Below, piece by piece: positions 22,656 to 36,333 of a stretch of DNA of 64,000 nt. The stretch comes from Geosiphon pyriformis uo1 (lineage: Eukaryota > Fungi > Glomeromycota): the NCBI GenBank assembly GCA_016748015.1, contig JAAOMT010000742.1, forward strand, positions 103,543 through 167,542, given 5' to 3'. How positions within the stretch are numbered: the first letter of the stretch is position 1; every line of letters begins with the position of its first letter. Both the position numbers and the translations under genes were made by a program. The notes beneath the pieces are model-generated. The model had not been told where the DNA came from and ran no database searches. It saw nothing but the letters and a program-made list of their open reading frames with translations.

Positions 22656-24106
22656 ATGACTTTTTTTTATTCATCTTCCACACAACTTGGCTTTGGATAT
22701 TTTTCATTGTTGCTCACATTGACGACCGGTTTTATAACATTATGTTTGCTTTATATTTTACAACCTCCTATGAGACAAATTATTTATTCAACAAGAAATG
22801 AATATAATCAGAAAGAAAATTCTCCAAATGTGGAATTAACAGATAATAATTTTGAGACTAATTTATCTCCTATCGAAAAAGGCGCAAGAAATTTACCGAA
22901 ATTTAAAATAGACTACCTTGGATCGGAAGAAAATTTTAAAAGAGCTGTCAAGCTTATACCACCCCATTCATTCCTAAATCCTAGTAAAACGCTTGGTCAT
23001 ATTGAAAACATGGGTCCACAGCACTTTTTCGGTGACTCAAATGAAGATGAATTTTACCAAGAAAAGGTAGAGGATGAGCAGGTTTTACAATTTCTAGCTG
23101 ATATGGCGTTCTATGCACAGGAAGCGTATTGTCTTAATGATCGAGTTGGAAAGATTGGAAATAATGTTTATGGTGAGAATTGAGGACTATCCTATACCAC
23201 CATAATTGGTGCCCATAGCCTAATTTCAAAAATAATATAGGCTACGCAGTTGAAAATAAAAGAACAACAAATATTCGAGAAATCGTGTTTTATTTTCGTG
23301 GAGTAAAAATTAATACAGAGCGACAATGGCGATTAAGGCCTTATGCCCAAGTTGAATACGAACCACCGGAATCTCGCGAATGGTTGATTGAGACAGAAAT
23401 TTACAGAAACTTTAAAAGTGCCGAGAATAATATATTAAAAACTCTGAAATCTTTCGCAAACGAAACCTATTATTATCAGTATCGTGTTCGATTCACTGGA
23501 CATGGCTTTGGTGGTGGTAAGAGAATTGAAACATTTTAAAGAGAAATCTTTGAATTCATTGCAGAATCTGCAGATTACTTAAAAATTTTTGACAAAGTAT
23601 ACGCTGTTCTGGCTGGGCTTACCTGGAAAAGAAGGGACCCAAAATCTATCGTTCAAATAATCACATTCGGGCAGCCACGTTTTAGTACGCAATTTTTGAG
23701 CGAATATATAAATCAAGTTCTCTCAAGATTTCTGATTTATCGCATCACAAATTTTGATGATTTTGTGCCACAGTACCCTCCTCTCATGTATTGGAGCTAC
23801 GTTCACATCGGAACCGAATTTTGGATATCTAATCAATTGGGGTGTGATTGTTTTTTCCCCGAGACAAATGATCCCATTCCAAATGTTTATATGTGCTATG
23901 GGAAAGGAATTATTGGTGGTATGTTACGGGAAAATCCTGTAAGTAGAGACCAGGATTTCTTTTTGTGATCTTAAAAAAACTGAAAGAGTTAACCAATTTC
24001 CTATATCTCCTAGAATTGCAATAACCAAAACTTTGAGTCTAGAAGTGAAACTGCTCATAATGGTCCTTATTTTGGATATCTCATGGGAGAATGTCCCAAA
24101 ATATGA
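22656..24106 (+). CDS. Class-3 lipase-like protein L1, nucleophile Ser>Gly (TGHGFGG); N-terminal hydrophobic anchor
   Basis: Exons 22656-23172, 23241-23516, 23598-23938, 24014-24106, all GT-AG and stop-free. Motifs AYC, YFRG, GHGFGG, TFGQPR, RITNFDDFVP, EFWI..GCDC, AHNGPYFG. Confidence 0.88.
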
Positions 24107-25677
24107 CAGCTCAGTTTAAATGCTCTCTAAATAAATCTTGCCATAGCTTCTCTATATTTAAAATTAGTTTTAAAAACATATTATCTTATTATTGAAGTAG
24201 TTTAATATAGTATTTGGTTATGTTGAAAAAAATTATTTTTAGACCTATTAAGATTGAGAATTTTTTTGCAAATATGTTTATATTTTAAAATTAATTTCAA
24301 AAATAGTAATGAAATTTTCAAAATCCCCTAAATTATTAGAAATAATAAATTTTTACTTGCTTTTTTAGATTTCCAGGAGAAAAGATTATCTAAAGGAGAT
24401 TGATTTCCTCTTCGAATTTCCAAAGAGATGGCAGCTGACACAATTAAAGTTACTATTTTATCACAAAAATATATTACATGATTCTAAGTTTCCTATGATC
24501 ATATAATATTGTGTGGAAAAATCTTCTTTCTAAAGCATTCAATGAAAATTTCCTAGACATGATTCTAAAAAACACTCTTGGCAATATAAGTGCTTACTCT
24601 TTTCCTTCCGCTAATTAATTATTCAACCCCTTAAACAAATAATCTCGAATCTAATGAAAAATTTCATTTCGAATTTCCAAGGATCGACATAGTGGTCTCG
24701 CTCCTTGTCAATAAAGACGGAATGTTTGAGGGCATGCTTCTCAAATTTCCAGAGTTAAACCCGAAATCACCTCAAAATGGGAGACATTAAATGTACGAAA
24801 AATGGGAGCGAGTTTTTACTTACCAATAGCGTTATCTTTACAAATCAAAAGTTTTACGAATAAAATTAAGGATTTTAAAAGCCCTTTCCCAAAAAAATAT
24901 TTTGTGTAATTTTGTGAGCATCAATTTCGACTATTACCCCTTTTTTAAGAACCAGTTTTTATGAAAAAATATTTTTCGCAGCTTAGACCATGAAGAATAT
25001 TTGATATAATGATATTTAGATATCCGAATTTGTTTTGTCAGGTGGAAAATCTAAAAAATTTCTGCCATATAACTTTTTTTTTATTTAGACAAATGACTAA
25101 ACGTGTTGGAGAACATCAAGATTTCCCGAGAAACTTGAAATTCCATATAAACATGGTACCAAAGGAGTGAGTAACCTTCTAACAAATTTGCTTTCCTTAA
25201 CTAGTCTGCTATAGGATATTTCGGTCGTCTTTTTTGAGGGATTATCCCTATTCGTTTTTTTCATGACACAATTAACTAAACGCTTTGTTGATTTAAATTA
25301 TGAAATGAAAAATTTGCCGTGGAAATACTCTGCCAATCTGTTTTGATGTATTATTCCAAAACATGGAGTAATTTCTGACCAAATATTTAAATCATAAATG
25401 GGAAAACAAATGAAGAACACAATATAAAACCAGGGTATCCGCGATTTGGCATCATCATCATCGCTGATGCAGAGTTGTAAGAACAAACATCACTATTTCA
25501 CCTTCCTTAAATCTACCGATTCCTTTTGCCAAGCGAAATATCAGTTTTCAACTTTTTCAAGTTTACAATCTTCACTGGCGCTATAAATTTCAAAGAATCG
25601 ACCCATAAAATATGGCTATTTTGGGGCAGCTGTTACTCCTAAACCGAACAATTAAATTCATAATAAACAAAACAATT

Positions 25678-26875
25678 ATGGTTCTTTTCGCCTTTTTGAT
25701 TTGTTCTATTGCTTCGGCACGAATAGAGCCACGTTTTGGAGAGTTAACACATATATCAGACTTGTCAATTGTTAACTCTCCTGAACTATTGGCTAAAATT
25801 GAGAAATTTGCATATTATTCTAAAATCGCTTATTATGACGCAGAAACAATATATAATTGGAACTGTGGAGAACCATGTGAAAAATATAAAGGAACTGTGG
25901 TTGAGTTCGTTGCGATTACTGATCATGAGAATCAAGGTATATTTTTCGATTGGTACCCAAAAAATTTGAAGACAAATTGAACTTGAAGTTTTTTGTTTAT
26001 CTTTGTACACAGCATTTGTGGCCGTAGAACATTCAAGAAAACTTATAATTGTTTCATTTCGTGGCACAAGACTTGAGTATTTGAAGAATGATATTACTGA
26101 TATGCTAGTAATGCCTGTACCATACTCCCTGTATAATGGAGCTAAAGTTCACCGAGGCTTCTATGCTGCTTTTAAATTGACCTTTACTAAAATATTACCA
26201 CATGTGAGAAGACTTTTAACAGATTACCAATCATATAATGTAGCATTAACCGGCCACAGTCTTGGTGGTGGTAAGAGATTTTATTAATAATAGATTAATT
26301 TGTTGTTAAATTTAACTATAAGAAATTTAAATAACTTTTAAAAATTTCCAGCATTTGCGACTTTAACAGCTCTGGAGCTGAAACAAAAACTTTTTTCTAA
26401 ATTTCCATCATTAAAATCCGAAGTCATTACCTTTGGCCAGCCAAGATTAGGAAACGATAAATTTGCTTCATATGCCGAAAAAGAAATAACGCTCTATCGT
26501 GTGATTTTTTCAAATGATCTAATTCCACATATTCCCTTTCAGTGGATGGGATATCAACAGATTGGGGGAGAAATATGGGTTAAAGACTTGGACATTCCAA
26601 CAAAAGGAGGTACCGTGAGATGTGAGGCTCGTGAAGATCCGGTGAGAAATTTTAATTGAATTCAAGATTTCATTTTTATTTAGTCTTGATTTTCTTATTT
26701 AAATTCTTTTTTCTTTTCATAGAATTGTTCAAATTCAATTCCCTTTCACGAACTGCGCTTAAAACCACATTTTGGTCCTTATTTTGGTGTAGATCTTTAT
26801 GTACCTCCACCATGTAATTGCATGCCAAACAACTTGGCAGCTATATTTTCCCAAGGAAATGGATATGCAATTTAA
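25678..26875 (+). CDS. Secreted class-3 triacylglycerol lipase L2 with intact catalytic triad (alternative ATG at 25612)
   Basis: Exons 25678-25936, 26013-26270, 26352-26641, 26723-26875. Signal peptide MVLFAFLICSIASA; WNCGEPC, SFRGT, KVHRGFY, TGHSLGG, TFGQPRLGN, NDLIPHIP, PHFGPYFG (Rhizomucor/Rhizopus lipase type). Confidence 0.93.
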
Positions 26876-28244
26876 ATTCATCACAGTCAATTATTTTGCG
26901 TCTATTTCTTTTTATCGTCATTCTTTAACGATTAATATTCTAAATGAAAGGGGTTTCCTGTAATGAGAAGAATAGATTTTTTAAAAAAGTATTCACTTGT
27001 CTTAGATTAATTTTTTTTAGATATGAGATCCAGTATGAGAACAGCTTAAGCTGAAAAAGTTTGTAGAATTCTATGGATCCTAAATAGTTTTTTATAAAAT
27101 TAATTTCTGGCTACATTTATTATGTTTCTAATAAGCAGAATATAAAAAATTTTAATATGATGAAAATATAGCTTTGAAAGAAACTCTTTATGTATTTAAT
27201 AAAAAGAGTCATCGGTCAGGTCAGTGATCAAGGTTAGGTTAAAGACTCTATTTTTATAATAACTTAATATACGCTAAATATAGAAATAAAGAATTGATTA
27301 TGATTTATTCAATTCAACTCATTTTATCGATTGCACAAGAAACTTTTAAAGTTAAAAGTCAAGCCTTAAGCGCAGTAATATTTGAAGATTTTCTCTCAAG
27401 CACAAATTACTTTCTCGCAAAAACTCGTGGCGAAAATCACATAGAAAGTTAATTGAACCTAATCATAAACCTGATATTAAAAAATTTTCTTCAGTACCCA
27501 AAAGACATTACTGCTTAAAATATGAATCTGATGAAAAAGAGCGTTTTGTTGGTACTCATAGGCATTAAGATGAACTAGAGAAAATAGAAAAAGTGCTACA
27601 AAGGTTCTTTAAAAAAATTGACATTTGCAAGTAAAGATGGTCAATGATTGGATCAAATTTAAAGTTTTATCCCCATACAACGGTACCCCCAGAATCAACT
27701 ATGCTCCCGGCTGTCCCCCCTTTCATGTGTACGCCATTATTTCGGACGTTATTTTGCTAACCGCGTATGGGAACTGTATCTATCAAAATATTTAAATGAT
27801 CCGATAGATCACTAGTTTGACCAGGATTGCGAATGTTCAGCTGCATATCAAAAATTCCAAGAGTGGAAAAATCAAGAGAATTTGTGAAGAAATGATTGGA
27901 GCTGAAATTTTCTCACTTTTCAAAGAGTGGAATCTTCTTAAGCCATTAGATTTTCGGTTTTTTTTGGTTGTGATCCGATATTTATTTTTCTCAAACACTG
28001 AACGATATTTCAAATATTTCTGATGATATGAATTATTTGTTCTGCCGGCTTTCAGGAAAAAGGAAGATTTATCTTTTTAATTATAACCGATTTGAAGTAG
28101 ATGACATTTTCAAAATACAATAACAATTCCAATCGTCTGGAACGAGATGCATCGACAAATTTTGGAGTAACAAACATGTAATTAGAGATACATCAGAACA
28201 AAAGAAAAATTTTTTAATCGTCAAATTAAAACTTTTTCGCTTTC

Positions 28245-29848
28245 ATGTATTTCCTTCGCTCAGATCGGTTTCCTTATCAGATTTCAAGTGTTCACGTAAA
28301 GGAAATTTCATCCAAAAAGAAAAAGTTTAATAAACTCATTTTTAATATCACTACACAAAATTTTCACAGATTTTACTTTTGCGCGTTTTTTTTGCTCTTG
28401 TTCATTCTAGCCTTTTTCAAGCATATTTCTACGTCTAAAACATTATTGCCAGTATCGTTACTTGTGCCTATTTTACGCAACAGCTCGACCCTTAAAAAAA
28501 ATTTATATTCAGATTTAATTGAAAATTCAAAGATCTTTAATTTAACAATTCAAGATGACTACAATTCTATTTATTTCGTTCCATTTTCAAGTGCAACTTC
28601 TTTAAAGAATTTATTCATAGAAATGGAGAAGGTAAAGCAGAAGTTCACAGTAAAAAATAAAACAGGTTTACTTTTTGTTCGTAATTCAAATATAGCTGTA
28701 GATGGGATGGAACCTCTTAGTAAAAGATTGATCGGACCTAATTATAGAGAAGGACTTTTACTAGAATTTTCCAGATTCGCGCGATATGCTCAAGAAGCTT
28801 ATTGTCTTGATGATATCTTTGGTTTACTTGAATTTGGAGTTTACGGTTAGGATAAAATTTTATATTTTTTTTATCTTTTAAATGTGTCTTTTTTTTTTTT
28901 TTTTTTTTTAAATGATGAATAAAAATATTATTTTTATTGCAGCTGATACTGTCATAAGCGAGGCAAGCCGAGAAATTATAATTTTTTTTAAAGGTTTTAT
29001 GATGACTGGTTCAGATTGGTGGGAAAAAATTGGATCGGGTGTGAGATACCCTTTTGTAGTAGATACATGGGTTGATGAAATATATTATACCCGTTTTGCT
29101 CGTGCTTGGAAACCATTGGTAAATAAAATTAAGGGATTGAAGCTCAGCAAAAGCCTTTCTGAATATCGTCTCGTTACAACTGGTCATGGCGAGGGTGGTG
29201 GTATGAACATTTTCTCGTTGTTCCATCCATACATCCATCCGAGATTGCTTCAAATAATGAAAGCTTTAAGCATTAACTTCCATTTAGTCTATGCCATATT
29301 AGCAGCATTACAATTAAAGAAAATGTTTCAACTCAATGGAATAACCGTTTACACATTTGGAGCGCCACGAATGGGAGATAAGAATTTCGCTCATCATGTA
29401 AATAAGGAACTCGTCGTTTTTCGAATAACAAATAGCGATGACTTTATAACTCAGAGGCCATTTAAGAATCCAAATGGCTTGGGATATTGGCATCATGAAA
29501 CGGAATATTGGATTTCTGAGGAAACTCATTGTGGATGCCTTAACCCTTTTGTTCCTATCACGCCATTCAATACCAAAGTTTATGAATGCAGAGAAGTGAT
29601 GAATTGGTTTACAGGACAATTTGAGGAACCTTATGTAAAGATTTTATCGATGATGATATTCTATCTGGGAATATTTTTTTTAATAATATTTTAACTCTTA
29701 ATTTAATTTTTAGGAGTGCAATGAAATTGCACAATCAGAGATAGCGCTACTAGGATTTTCTTCACATTATGGTCCTTATTTTGGGATCATAATGGGTGTT
29801 TGTCCTCAAGACAATCCTTTTGAACTTAATGAAATGATAGATGATTAA
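28245..29848 (+). CDS. Class-3 lipase-like protein L3, Ser>Gly (TGHGEGG); signal anchor
   Basis: Exons 28245-28845, 28943-29200, 29288-29634, 29714-29848. Motifs AYC, TFGAPRMG, NSDDFI, HHETEYWI..CGC, SHYGPYFG. Confidence 0.88.
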
Positions 29849-30898
29849 AAAAATTGTATTCTCTTTGCAGAGTTTTTGATAGATTAAATGATTAAATTTT
29901 CGCGTTAGTATTTGTTTCTATTTTTATGAAAATCATTTATCAAGTAGTGAAATTTTTTAAATCATTTCATTTTTATGTTTAGCTAAAGAAGATTTTTTTT
30001 TTTTGCCTGAAAAATTTCCTTAATCAGTTTGGAAAGGTAAAAAAAAATAATCTGACAGGATAAAGCATTTGATAATTTTGACAACTTTTTTTTGTGAAAT
30101 TAATTTTCACCTTTCGAAAAAGATTAGTGACATTCATATTGAAAAGAGTTTTTTTTTTTTTTTTAGTAAAACTTTATTTAAATTTTAAAAATTTTACAGA
30201 GAGGTTTTAAACAACTTTTTTTTTTAGGTATTTTGAAATTCATTTTTTACAATTTAGATATTTTTTTTGAGAATCCCTGAAAAAGTCGCGGGAATTATTT
30301 TTTAAATCAGTCAAATGACAATTACCTTTTACAACAATTTCGATGATTAATTGTTTTTTTTTTAAAAAAAAATCTGCTTATAAATCATGATTAATATTTT
30401 ATTTAGCCAGCACGTTCATATCCACGAGGAAAGGTCGATAAGATAAAGTTTTATAACTAAAAATGTCAAGATCAATTAACTGAATTAACCGATTTGAAAT
30501 GAACTCTCAAAAGGTATTATTTAAAAATTTATACATATATGCTAAATTTTAGGTCTAATCGTTTTTTTAAACGTTTCAAACCAATTTCTATCTCTGAAAA
30601 AGGGATTTTTTACGAAATGACCTAGATCAAAAATGCTACTAAAGAGAAAATACAACCTCACAACATCAAATATTTTTTCAGACAAAATCTTTTGAATTTA
30701 ATTTTTTCTCAAGATTACAAAAATCACTTTAGATTCAACCAATATGATGATTTCATAAAATGGTATGAATATTCTTTTAAAATTTATTTACAAATATATG
30801 CTAAAAATTCCAAAAAAAACTTTCTTAGTCATGTTACAATAATATATACACCGTTACAACTTGTTAATAAATACATGTAGGTGGGGGGTTTTTTTTTT

Positions 30899-32137
30899 TT
30901 AGGACTGATATAGGATTGATTCGGGGGATTCAAATTTACCACGTTCAATCTTCCCAGAATCACCATGAGTCGAGAAACGATTTTCAGTCAATGTGTGAGA
31001 AGAAGGCCATGAAAGAACATCTTCAGGATTATTGTCATCGTCCTCTTCGTCTTTTTCAAGTTTAATACATGGAAATTTAAATATTCCAGATTGTAACATA
31101 ATATATATCGTATAAAGCATTGGAATACTATTTCAATTCAATGAAAAATCCAGATATGAATTAAGATATTATAACTTGTAACCTATAATCTATAAACAAT
31201 GAGCAATTGAATCGAACTTACATTATCGCACGCATGAACAATAGTACATTAGGTGCCAAGGAGAACCGTTCACGACCAGTTACCAAATCAAAAATTACCG
31301 GAATGCTGTTGGAAATTTGTACAAGACTGACACATAATGAGGTACCCGTTAACCATATTCCATACCTGAGAAAAGGATTAAAATTATATTCAATTTAATT
31401 TTGAAATAAAAATTAATTAAGCAAAAACAAAAACCTACCAATATCCTAATACGGTTCGCTCAATTTGGCGAAGCCATATACTAAAATGAGCATAAATTGA
31501 TGCGACTGAAATGAAAAAATTTCAAGATTTTATCAATTAAAAAGAACAAAGAATACCTAATATTTAATCTTATATAAAATCACTTACGTGAAAATATAAA
31601 TCCAACCAAAGCACATGATAATTTTGGAACTACTAACAATAGTTTGTTCAAATTCGAATTGTTAACAGTACATCCATACCATTCTATTTCAACCCCCCAC
31701 CGATGGGTTCCCCATCCAATACCCAAATGGACCATTGTTCCAACAAGTGCTATTGCCCATATAAAACAGGTAATCAAAGAAAACACTCGCTTCTCAAAGT
31801 TCTGATTTCGTGCTACTCCATACCATAAGTATACTGCTATGGCGGTAGTCGTAATTTGTGAAGGATAAAATATTAATCTTCCCAGATATGCTTGTATCAC
31901 ACAAAAAGTTTCAAGTTTTTGGAAGCTTGAATCATTATCATGGCTATATAAAAGAATCGCAGGAATAGCAAAGATCCTTTCTAGGAAGGCAGAAATGAAA
32001 TATTGAAATAATGTCCATTTAGCAAGAAATGGCTTTGTTCTTCTTTTTAAAAGGAGTAAACTCGAAAATATGACCAAACCCAAGCTCAAGAATTCTACAA
32101 GTACGTAAGCAATAGACAATAAAGACAAACTTTGCAT
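30899..32137 (-). CDS. 7-transmembrane GPCR-like protein (cAMP-receptor-like / Git3-like class), 4 exons
   Basis: Seven hydrophobic segments after splicing; FCVIQAYL at the start of TM3; WYGC in ECL2 (disulfide partner); acidic/Ser-rich tail. GT-AG introns at ~31507-31588, 31366-31438 and 31128-31221. Confidence 0.75.
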
Positions 32138-32223
32138 AATTCTACCAAAAAAACCACCGTATGAAAAAAAAGTAATTTTTTTCAAAAAATTTTGTTTTTA
32201 TCACAGAATGAGAAAAGAAACAA

Positions 32224-32265
<42 letters not shown>

Positions 32266-32266
32266 C
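32224..32266. repeat. (CAA)n microsatellite upstream of the 7TM gene
   Basis: Near-perfect ACA/CAA run. Confidence 0.85.
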
Positions 32267-33583
32267 GATAAGACCAATAACAAATAAACTAATTTTACGA
32301 GTAGGTCAAAAGGATTTCAAGAGGAATACAAATTTTTTCTCGGGGTGGGAAAAAGTTTGTTCGCTACGCTAAAAAGTCATGAAATGCAAATGTTTTTCGA
32401 ATCGTCCTATGCTCAAACCACGACGGAAATTCTCAAGCTCATTTAATAAAGCGGCAAAGATCTGTAGCCGTAGTAGTCGTGGTGGCAAAAAAAAAATTTC
32501 GTCGAAAAATTTTTTATTGGAAGAGCGGTTGGTAACGGTGGAGCCCCAACTAATTGCTAACCTTTTGCCTCAGGAAAATATTAAAACGCCCTTTCAATTA
32601 AATATCATCATAGTTCGTATTCAGTGAATATCGATCAAACTAATTTTAGTTAACTCCCGTCATACATATTTTATTTGTACACTTAAAATGTTTTGATCAT
32701 TAACTAGATTGTGGATAATTATCAAACATGTTAGGACATTTTGAAAAATGATCGTGCTCGTTGAAACAAATCCTTTTTATTGGCATTTATTATTGAATTT
32801 TCTTTTCGGAGAATTTTAGCTCTTTGCCGAATTCTATTGTTGTAAAACTCTCTTTTAGAATATTCGTATTGGTCAAAATAGCAGTATGTGAATTATCTGC
32901 TTCAATAAGTGTTCAAGAAATTTCCATCTTCTATGAACAAACAAGGACAGACAATACCAAAATAGAAACCAAATAATTCTGCAGTGTAACTAATTTTTGC
33001 TTCACAAGTGAATTTCTTAAATAGTGATTGAAACCAAACAAAAATTTTCCGGAAGCAGTGACTTCTTACACCTCCTCAATTTTGGAAAAAAGTTATTTTG
33101 CCACTCTCTTAATCATAACTTATTTAAAAATCACGGATCTTTTAAGCTTAAAAAGGAGAGGATCAAAATCTTTGGGATGAAACTTATTAAAAATTTCTGG
33201 AAACTTTGAAAGTTGTAAAGACACGCTTCTTAATATATATATATATAGTAAATAAATAGAATCCACCAGTTAATTGTTGACCTTATAGATATTTGATTTC
33301 CTTTTGAATACCATTTATTAAACGTTTTATAAATCTTTATATCAAATGAGATTGTTCGGCCAAGAAAATTCATTCTGTTTGAAAGTTTTTTTGTGTACCA
33401 AATCCCCTATTTGCTTGAGCTTTTTTCTAACAATCTAGATAATCAGATCGGGTGTTTGGTAACAAATAAAATTATATTTCGATTTTAGGCAGTACATATT
33501 CGGGATGAAATTTTACCCGTTCCATCATCATAGAATAAAATTCCAAAGAGGCTTTTGCCCAATAATTTGAAAACTTTTATCAA

Positions 33584-33645
33584 GCAAACAAACAGACAAA
33601 CAAATAGACAAACAAACAGACAAATAAATAAATAAACAAACAAAC
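33584..33645. repeat. Degenerate (AAAC/AAAT/AGAC)n tetranucleotide repeat
   Basis: caaacaaacagacaaacaaatagacaaacaaacagacaaataaataaataaacaaacaaac. Confidence 0.8.
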
Positions 33646-36333
33646 ATTTTTTTTGATTAAATCTTTTTTTGAAGAATCCCATATAAATTTTTTTCTAATA
33701 TTCACAAGATTTTTTAATACAAGTAAAATCCTCGAAAATTAGCACCAATAGGATAGATTTACCCTTCAATATGTTTCTTCCATTTATTGCTTTCATAGCG
33801 AATAAAATTTGAGTTTTTATGGTATTCAAATATCATTTTCAAAATAAATTTTCCCGAAATTTTGAATTAAAAATATATTTTTTATTTTTGTATATTCCCT
33901 TAACAGAGAATAATTTCATATGAAAACGCAGGTACATTTATTTAACTTTCCCAAATATACTTAAATCTTCTAGGTAGTAAAAAAATTTTAATTGGGTCAA
34001 AAAGATTCTGTGAAAATTGAGATTTTATTTAACACATGATGCTGCTATTGATTCTTTGTTTGAAAATCAACATGATGGTTTATCTATTAAATTAATAGTA
34101 ATTTTGCTTGTCAGGATTCTTTCCTTTTTGATTAAGCATGTCGAGGGTAAATATTTGTCTCATTTAATATTTCCATAATATGAACAATTTGTGTCTTAAA
34201 AATTTTTTTGATGCAGCTAAATTTTGTTTGCATTTTATGAAAAGCGGCTAAAACAGATGGAACTTTTTGGAATAATCTATAATAGAAAAAAATTTGATTG
34301 TGACCAAAAACCACACTTGTAAAAATATTTTTAGCACAACTTTAAGTGATTTATGGTTTTGAAATTATTTTTATCATAAGAAGAAGAAGGTTCAAATTTC
34401 AGGGAAAGAAAATTTGGGATAAAATTTGCCATATATAACCTCAAAAAATTATGAAATTTGGTCTTGAACGTTTTCCCGATCTCGAGAAAGAACATCCAGG
34501 AATTCTGAAATTTTGGATCCAGAAGTATTTAATGTATTACATCAATCTCAAAAATAAAATTTTCCCACAAGCTGCAATATTCTGCAAGTTTATATAAAAA
34601 TGTGTCGGATCTTTACAAGAATGAAAGACATTTGATATTAAAGCTCAAAATATCAAATTCTTGAGAAAAAAGCAAAAAAAAATGTTAGGCTATTATTGGT
34701 TATTTGTTTTTGGTTAATAAATATAAACATTAATTTACCTTTCTTGAGGAAACAAAACCAATTGTCGAAAATTGTGCTTAAATAAATAAAAAAAAAAAGG
34801 CATTCCAATTTAATTTTTTAACCAAAAGCAAATTAAAGATAATTTTTTTTTACATTTTCTAGATGTAGCATATTTAAAATAAAATATAAAATAACAATGT
34901 AAATTTAAAATCTTTAGTTTTGCAACTTTAAGATGAGATAATGATCCTTTTCTAGGAATTTTTTGTTTTTCATAAAAGAAACTATTCAAATTTGTGAAAA
35001 AGTATAAGTTATGTTTGTTTATTAAATATTGTTAATTAAAATATCACTTTTTACTTCAGATATTCAATTTTCGCAAAAACTTTATGATGTTTTTCAAAGT
35101 TAAAGAAGGTCATTTCAGAAATAATTTTTTTAATATTGTAAATTTTGATTTATTAAAATGGCCAAGTTAACCAAAAAAGTAAAATCTTTTGTAAACTATC
35201 ATTAATTAAAATAAAAATCCCAACTTAAAAAATGCTATTACCATGTTTGAAAATATTGAAGTCGCTCATTTTTTTCGGGGTTTTCAGTTTTCAGTTTGTG
35301 TGTCAAAACCTTAATTATATATATGGTTTCCATAAAGATTAAAACGAACCAGTTTTTATTTATAATAAATATTAATTATGACGTAAATCTTTTCTTTAAA
35401 GGAGGATCGATTCGTTATATTTTCTCTTTGTAGAGTATATATATTTTTGTTTTTCGCTTCTGTGATCGTTATTACATGTAGTTTTTTAAAACTCTTCCTC
35501 TTAACTTAAATTAGTTAATCCAAGAATCCCCACTATATTTTTTAACATTAATCATGAAAATAATACCATCAAAAGTAAATCCCAAGTTTAAAAATCTGCT
35601 TTTTAAATATTTACTAATATAATTATAGTCAAGCACAAAACATTTGGTATTATTTAACTTCAAAGTAATTAATAGTTATTTTTTTAATAAGATTGGCTTT
35701 TGATTTAATCTTTTAACAATTGAAATAAATGTTTATTCAATTTTTCAAGTAATAAAAATGATTCTTGTAATAAAATCTGAACAATTATTTAAAATATTAA
35801 ATTATTAAACATTAAGTATTAAGTTAGAATATTTTTTGGTAAAATTTCATTTTTTTAATTATTATCTTTTTATCTTATTTAATTTGTTATACATGATTTT
35901 ATAAAAATATCTACTTAACTGAATGTTTTATTTAAAATATAACTAATATACTTTTGTTAATTTTCATTTACTTTTCAATAAGAAAAAATAAAGATATAAA
36001 AAAAATGAATAGTCATTCTAAAAAATTATGCAATTTTGCTAAAAAAAAAAATTTATTTAACAGGTTACCAGAATCAAAAATTTCTACCATTGCCAAATTT
36101 AGTGAAAATTAGGTTTGATTTCAAATATTTTTTTTAAATTTGCCCCAAAGTTTATGTAAATGTGATCAAATTCACTGTAAACCAAAAAATAACATGTTCA
36201 AATAAAATATCAATTTTTCATATCGCATCAATCTCATCAGAGTACTTTAGGCAAAACAAATGAGCAAAACAAATATTGGAAGCGAAAAAATTTATCCATA
36301 GAAACCGTTGAATATAAGACCTTGCCTATTCAG

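Noticed and set aside
27680-27780. GC-richer intergenic patch as a possible ncRNA
   Set aside because: No tRNA cloverleaf, snoRNA boxes or convincing stem recognised; would need an Rfam search.
32379-36300. Short ORFs in the 7TM-L4 intergenic region (and at 52-55.6 kb and 61.3-64 kb)
   Set aside because: Short, low-complexity, often non-ATG, with no splice-consistent gene model or motif.
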